Below are positions 59,669-64,000 of a DNA stretch of 64,000 nt, one piece after another. Source of the stretch: Acidimicrobiia bacterium. GTDB lineage: Bacteria > Actinomycetota > Acidimicrobiia > Spongiisociales > ZC4RG35. The position numbers and the translations under genes are program-made. The stretch spans positions 281,369 to 345,368 of the forward strand of contig CBDCBK010000010.1 of the NCBI GenBank assembly GCA_965214265.1, written 5' to 3'. The notes below the pieces were generated by a model that did no database searches, was not told the DNA's origin, and saw only the letters and a program-made list of their open reading frames with translations. Position 1 is the stretch's first letter; every line of letters begins with the position of its first letter.

Positions 59669-60271
59669 TCAGGGCGTCACTTTCAGCTCGATCAGCGGGC
59701 GATGGGTCACATGATCCTCCACCTCGAAGATCCCGGGGAGGATCCCATCGAACTCATGAACAGAGACAACGCCGGCCTCCACGGAAAACTCCTCGTCATA
59801 GCCATGAACGTGCACCAGGAGCGGGGCGTCCGAATCAAACCGCATCGAGATCCGGTTGCCCAGGGGGACTTCGACCCTCCCCTCGCCGAGCGCCTTCCCC
59901 TCCCTGACTATCACCTCCACAACCGTCAGATCGTCAGGAAGGGTGGTGGTCGTGGCGGGCGGCGTTGTGACGCCGGTGGTCAAAGTCGTGGTGGCGGACA
60001 GAGTGGTGGCGACGGTGCTTCCCGCGCTGGCGGGAGTGGTTGTGGTGGGTGGGACGGCGGTGGTGGTGGGTGTGGTTCGGGCTGTGACAGCCGTGGTGGA
60101 CACGCCGGTGGTAACCGTGGTAGCGACGGTGGTGACAGTCCCCGCCGTGGGAGCCGTTGCTGATCCGGGCGCGGTGGAGGGGCTGGCCTTCTCTCCGGTG
60201 TCCGCTGTGCAAGACGCCGCGATCAGCAACAACACTCCCCACCAGACTCCTGCATGCCTATGACCGGGCAT
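59669..60271 (-). CDS. Secreted/lipoprotein with a Thr-rich linker and a His-rich C-terminal beta-domain (possible metal-binding)
   Basis: The signal is LLLIAASC, the linker is poly-Thr, and the C-terminus reads HVHGYDEEF...VHEF...EDHVTH. Confidence 0.4.
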   Translation of the reverse strand: MPGHRHAGVWWGVLLLIAASCTADTGEKASPSTAPGSATAPTAGTVTTVATTVTTGVSTTAVTARTTPTTTAVPPTTTTPASAGSTVATTLSATTTLTTGVTTPPATTTTLPDDLTVVEVIVREGKALGEGRVEVPLGNRISMRFDSDAPLLVHVHGYDEEFSVEAGVVSVHEFDGILPGIFEVEDHVTHRPLIELKVTP

Positions 60272-60492
60272 CTGAGGTGCGAAAAGCGTCCAACAACATA
60301 CAGACAATCCCTTTTAACCGTACTGCCGTCACGTGCTCTTGGGGCCGATCCGAAGACGAGCCGAACCCAAGCCAAATCACACTCCACCTCCCCAACCCCG
60401 GTCGCTCCTCTCCAGACGGCGGGGCGTCCTCCGGGCGGTCCGTTGCGCCGACTCCGTTATTTCGGCCTTGATGGCCCCTAATCTGATATTGG

Positions 60493-61143
60493 ATGAGAAA
60501 ATACGTAGCTACGGATGAGGCGCTCACCGAGTATGCAACTGCCCACTCCATGGCGGGAACCCTGGTGAGCCGGAAGGTGATCGAGGAAACAGCTCAACAC
60601 TATCCCGGCCTGTCGAGAATGCAGATCGATCCCCTCCAGGGACCATTCCTGGCGTTGATGGTGAAGCTGATCGGCGCCGGGAGAGTGCTCGAAATCGGCA
60701 CATTCACCGGCTTGTCCTCGCTGTGGATGGCACAAGCTCTTTCCGAAGGAGGCGAACTCGTCTGCTGCGACCTCTCCGAGGAGTACACCACCCACGCCAG
60801 ACGAGCCTGGGCGGAAGCCGGAGTGGCGGATCGCATCACCCTGTTGGTTGGTCCGGCCCTTGAAACCCTGGCGGAACTGGAAGGCCCCTTTGACATGGCG
60901 TTTCTGGACGCCGACAAGCCAAACTATCCCCACTATCTCGAGAAGTTGACGCAGTTGGTGCGCCCGGGAGGGGTGATCGTGGCCGACAACACGCTCTGGT
61001 CAGGACGGGTTATGGATCCCGCCGACCAAACTTCTGCAACCGAGGCGATTCGCCGTTTCAACGACCTGGCCGCCGCCTCTCCCGACCTGGAAGTGGTGCT
61101 GCTTCCCGTCGCTGACGGGGTGACGGTTATGCGCCGCCGCTGA
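60493..61143 (+). CDS. Class I SAM-dependent O-methyltransferase (family 3, caffeoyl-CoA OMT-like)
   Basis: It has the VLEIGTFTGLS SAM motif and DADKPNY. Confidence 0.8.
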   Translation: MRKYVATDEALTEYATAHSMAGTLVSRKVIEETAQHYPGLSRMQIDPLQGPFLALMVKLIGAGRVLEIGTFTGLSSLWMAQALSEGGELVCCDLSEEYTTHARRAWAEAGVADRITLLVGPALETLAELEGPFDMAFLDADKPNYPHYLEKLTQLVRPGGVIVADNTLWSGRVMDPADQTSATEAIRRFNDLAAASPDLEVVLLPVADGVTVMRRR

Positions 61144-61340
61144 CCGGTGTCGGGAGGCCCTTTTCGCCTCTGACCGTGCGTATAGCCCTAAAACCGGCCA
61201 AGAAAGGGCGGCAATTACCAGCACCCCCGAGCCGGGAGTACACAGCAAAGACCCTACCCTCCCCCATTCCAGCCTGCCCAGAGACACCGAATGGAAACGG
61301 ATGGCGCTCGGCAAATCCCTTTTTTTGGATCGGATAACGG

Positions 61341-62573
61341 CTAAACGTCTCTGCTGGTCGGCGCCGAATGACCGATGTCGTTTCTGATTGGGGACATGAC
61401 CAAGAAGCCGACCCCGAAAAGGACGGTGATCGCCAACCAACCCGGGGTGTAGGCGCCAAGCACATCCACCGACCATCCAAATAGGGGAGCACCTACACCG
61501 AAACCACTTATGAAGCCGAAGTACACCGCCCCCGAACCTCTCCCGGCCAGGGACGCCGGAAGAGCCTCGACAACAGCGAGCATCCCTACAGAAGTCCAAG
61601 CAAAAACACTGAGGCCCATCGCTGTCGCCGCGACCCAAATCGCCCAAGTCCCCATCAGATTTCCAAACGCCAGAGCAAGACCGGAGAGCACCCCCAAGAA
61701 GGCAATAACCATCAGAGTGCGCGCCATCCCCAAACGCCCTTCGGCAGCCTTTGCCCACCCGATCCGGGCCACAATCCCCACCGGCCCGGTAACAGCCAAC
61801 ACCAGTCCGGCCTGTCCCCGGCTCATCCCCAGCACCTCCTCGGCATATAGCGGCAAGTAAACAATCACGACCACTACCCCTATGCCCAACAGGAACCCAT
61901 AGACCGTCAGACGGCGAACCAATCGGGGAAGTCGACCAGGGTATCTCTGATCTACATCTCCCCGCCCGGCCTTGTCTTCATCCGGCGCCAGTCGGGAGGG
62001 CTCCAGCGCGGCGCCCTTCGCCATAGAAAGCATCCCCACGATCAACGGGGCAGCCGCAAATGTCAGGACTGCCCATCGCCAGCCCCACCAACCGGTGAAA
62101 ACCGGCAACAACCAACCCCCCAGGAAAATACTGATCTGCACCCCCGACTGCTTGATGCCCATGATCACTCCCCGCCGCCCGGGCTCAATCTCAATGGAAA
62201 CCATCTTGTTGGTGGCAGGATTGGCGATGGCCGATGCAATCCCGTTGAGAAAGGCTGCTCCCACCATGAGCGAGAACTCGGGCGCCACTCCCACACAAAA
62301 GAGGGACGTTCCGGCCACCATCAAGGTGGTGACGGTGGCCCGCCGACCGCCCACCAGATCAACCCACTTACCGAGTCGGGAAGAAAACAGGGCGCCGCTC
62401 AAAGTGCCAGCGGTGGCCAGCATCCCCAACTGCCACCGTTCGATGTTCATGGCAGAAATCAACTCGGAGGCGAGAACCCCGAAAGTCGTGATGGCCAGGG
62501 TGACGGAGGACATGGTTATGACCAACATCGAAACCAAACGCAGACGGCGAGAGAAAATCAAACACTCAAACAT
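61341..62573 (-). CDS. MFS transporter
   Basis: It has 12 TM helices. The real start is probably internal (MLVITMSSV at ~62528), because the 5' extension overlaps the tnpB-element end. Confidence 0.7.
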   Translation of the reverse strand: MFECLIFSRRLRLVSMLVITMSSVTLAITTFGVLASELISAMNIERWQLGMLATAGTLSGALFSSRLGKWVDLVGGRRATVTTLMVAGTSLFCVGVAPEFSLMVGAAFLNGIASAIANPATNKMVSIEIEPGRRGVIMGIKQSGVQISIFLGGWLLPVFTGWWGWRWAVLTFAAAPLIVGMLSMAKGAALEPSRLAPDEDKAGRGDVDQRYPGRLPRLVRRLTVYGFLLGIGVVVVIVYLPLYAEEVLGMSRGQAGLVLAVTGPVGIVARIGWAKAAEGRLGMARTLMVIAFLGVLSGLALAFGNLMGTWAIWVAATAMGLSVFAWTSVGMLAVVEALPASLAGRGSGAVYFGFISGFGVGAPLFGWSVDVLGAYTPGWLAITVLFGVGFLVMSPIRNDIGHSAPTSRDV

Positions 62574-62720
62574 AGGGGCTTATATACCTAAGTTCGCAGG
62601 AACGTTTAGGTGATACTGTTCCGCGGTGTCTGCCAGCATCTCCCGGCCGGAGCCGGGTGATGTCTTACAACAGAGACTTGTAGAGCACACCGCGTCGGGA
62701 AACACGATGTCATGTCCCAC
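62560..62720 (-). ncRNA. Candidate omega/right-end RNA overlapping the tnpB 3' end
   Basis: This is inferred from IS605-family biology. The conserved block ATACTGTTCCGCGGYGTCTG ... CTTAGGTATATAAG is shared with the ORF-less MITE. Confidence 0.25.
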
Positions 62721-63510
62721 CCGACCCCGGAACCGTGAATAGCCCCGGGCGCATATGTTGATTGCAGAGTTGATGTCTCTGCACATGGTCAGTCCACATT
62801 GTTCGCACCGGAAAGTCCGTACCGAGAGGGGCATCGTTTGGCGATGCCCGCACCGGGAACAGTCGGTGGAGGTGTGGCGAGGGTCCACCTTCACATAGTG
62901 GACACCAGCTTTCGCGGCTTTGTGTTCCAGTATGAGATCGAAGGCGCGAAAGCGTTGCCGTGACATCTTCTTGGAGAACAACTTGGCTTTCAGCATCCCC
63001 GCGATATTGAGATCCTCTACAGCTATACCGTCGTCGGCCTTGACCAGGCGGTCGGCGAGGCGAAAGTCCGACTGGATGGCCCGTTCCTGCATCCGGCGGT
63101 ATTGCTTGGCGAGGTGGTTGCGTTTCTTGATGCGAGATGCAGATCCCTTGACAGCCCTGCTGAACTGGCGCTGAGCGCGCAGCGCCTGTCGGAGATCCAC
63201 CGTTGTGGGTGGTACGTGCTCTCGTCGGAGGTGACCAGCCGTGACTTGAGTCCCTTGTCCAAACCGACGGGATTGACCGGAACAGCCACCAACGGTCGGT
63301 CAGGGTGTTTGATGACCGCATGTATCTCGACTCGCAGAGGAGTGCGAACCACTCGCAGTTCCACCAGCCGCCCTCCGTCCAGAGCGGTAGTGAGGCGGTC
63401 GTGCTTGTCCTCGAACCGTACCTGCGGTACTCCCTTCACCGCCAGGCGCCACCACTTGTCGCTGTGGCTCTTTCCTTCTCCCGGTGCTTTGAGCATTGCG
63501 CGGTCAGCGT
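62575..63510 (-). mobile_element. Short tnpB-only insertion-sequence remnant (IS200/IS605-related, IS1341-like)
   Basis: The tnpB ORF ends inside a terminal sequence shared with the MITE at 19005. The upstream end abuts the 3' end of the second MFS gene. Confidence 0.5.
62580..63496 (-). pseudogene. tnpB: TnpB (OrfB) RNA-guided-nuclease-family protein, N-terminally short, with an apparent 1-bp frameshift
   Basis: The RuvC-I-like region is VGLDKGLKSRLVTSDES. The RuvC-II is IAVEDLNIAGM. The zinc finger is CSRCGH...CEQCG...RDINSAINI. The frame switches at plus ~63198-63203. Confidence 0.6.
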
Positions 63511-64000
63511 TCACAATCTCCGACCCAGGTTCATAACAAAGAAGCCGGCCGCGAATAGGACGGTGATCCCGAGCCAACCCGGCCGGTAGACACCGAGGGC
63601 GTCAACCGACCACCCAAACAGGGGAGCGCCCAGTCCAAAACCGCTCATAAAGCCGAAGAACACCACCCCCGAACCTCTACCCGCCAGCGACGCCGGGAGG
63701 ATCTGGATAACGGCGAGCATGCCCACCGAAGTCCAAGCAAAAACGCTGAGACCGATCAACACCGCCGCCAGCCATATCGACCAAGTCCCCACCAGATTCC
63801 CGAATGCAAAAACAATACCTGAAACCATTCCCAACAAAGCGATGATCATCAAACTCCGCACCACTCCCAGACGCCCTTCGGCCACACGCGCCCACCCAAT
63901 CCGGGCGAGGATCCCAACCGGTCCGGTAATAGCCAACACCAGACCGGCTTGTCCGCGGCTCATCCCCAGCACCTCCTCGGCATAAAGCGGCAAGTAGACA
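63511..64000 (-). CDS. MFS transporter (C-terminal part; paralog of 61341-62573)
   Basis: It is about 75-80% identical in amino acids and nucleotides to the other MFS gene. It continues beyond the window. Confidence 0.7.
   Translation of the reverse strand, partial: VYLPLYAEEVLGMSRGQAGLVLAITGPVGILARIGWARVAEGRLGVVRSLMIIALLGMVSGIVFAFGNLVGTWSIWLAAVLIGLSVFAWTSVGMLAVIQILPASLAGRGSGVVFFGFMSGFGLGAPLFGWSVDALGVYRPGWLGITVLFAAGFFVMNLGRRL

Noticed and set aside
59940-60180. Repetitive ACC/GTG/GGT-rich nucleotide stretch
   Set aside because: This is the coding low-complexity Thr-rich linker of the lipoprotein at 59669-60271, not a non-coding repeat.
62580-63577. Treating the tnpB locus as two separate genes (184 aa and 206 aa)
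   Set aside because: The two ORFs together match the contiguous TnpB domain order. The junction is restored by a single base, so they are one gene with a frameshift or sequencing error.

Overview
This is a high-GC (roughly 65-70% by eye) bacterial chromosomal segment, most likely from Actinomycetota, although the phylum is not certain. It is coding-dense, mostly housekeeping and catabolic genes, with a few accessory insertions.

Gene content in order along the window:
- Two adjacent type II toxin-antitoxin modules at the start: higB-higA on the minus strand, and a DUF1778 (TacA-like) antitoxin with a GNAT (TacT-like) toxin on the plus strand, preceded by a palindromic operator.
- Aspartate ammonia-lyase.
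- A truncated suf cluster, sufD-Rieske-sufC, with sufB sitting alone about 28 kb away.
- A family-5-like uracil-DNA glycosylase.
- A sugar/inositol catabolic island. It carries two ABC sugar importers; iolE-like, iolD and aldehyde dehydrogenase genes; a GntR regulator; five Gfo/Idh/MocA oxidoreductases; and an N,N-dimethylformamidase-beta-like (DmfA2-like) protein.
- Assorted alpha/beta hydrolases, VOC, SDR and ABM enzymes.
- DUF1015-serA, menB-menA, meaB, nfu, murA, rpiB, a TlpA-like/DsbB pair, tRNA-Glu, a DAHP synthase-chorismate mutase fusion and lgt.
- A caa3-type cytochrome c oxidase operon (II, I, III, IV, CtaG), followed by three uncharacterised envelope proteins.
- An O-methyltransferase and two paralogous MFS transporters flanking a short tnpB element.

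Notable structures:
- A 352-bp MITE-like element with 18-22 bp terminal inverted repeats and a 7-8 bp target duplication. Its termini match the 3' end of the tnpB element, where the ωRNA (the guide RNA that TnpB uses) would be encoded.
- A perfect ~981-bp tandem duplication inside a sugar-binding-protein gene, which predicts a double-domain binding protein.
- Four apparent frameshifts (higB, aldehyde dehydrogenase, tlpA-like, tnpB). All four are single-base deletions in short homopolymer runs, so they are more likely sequencing error than real pseudogenes.

No CRISPR array, rRNA or recognisable defence system was found. The most plausible candidates for something novel are the tnpB/MITE pair and the uncharacterised membrane/lipoprotein trio next to the oxidase operon.
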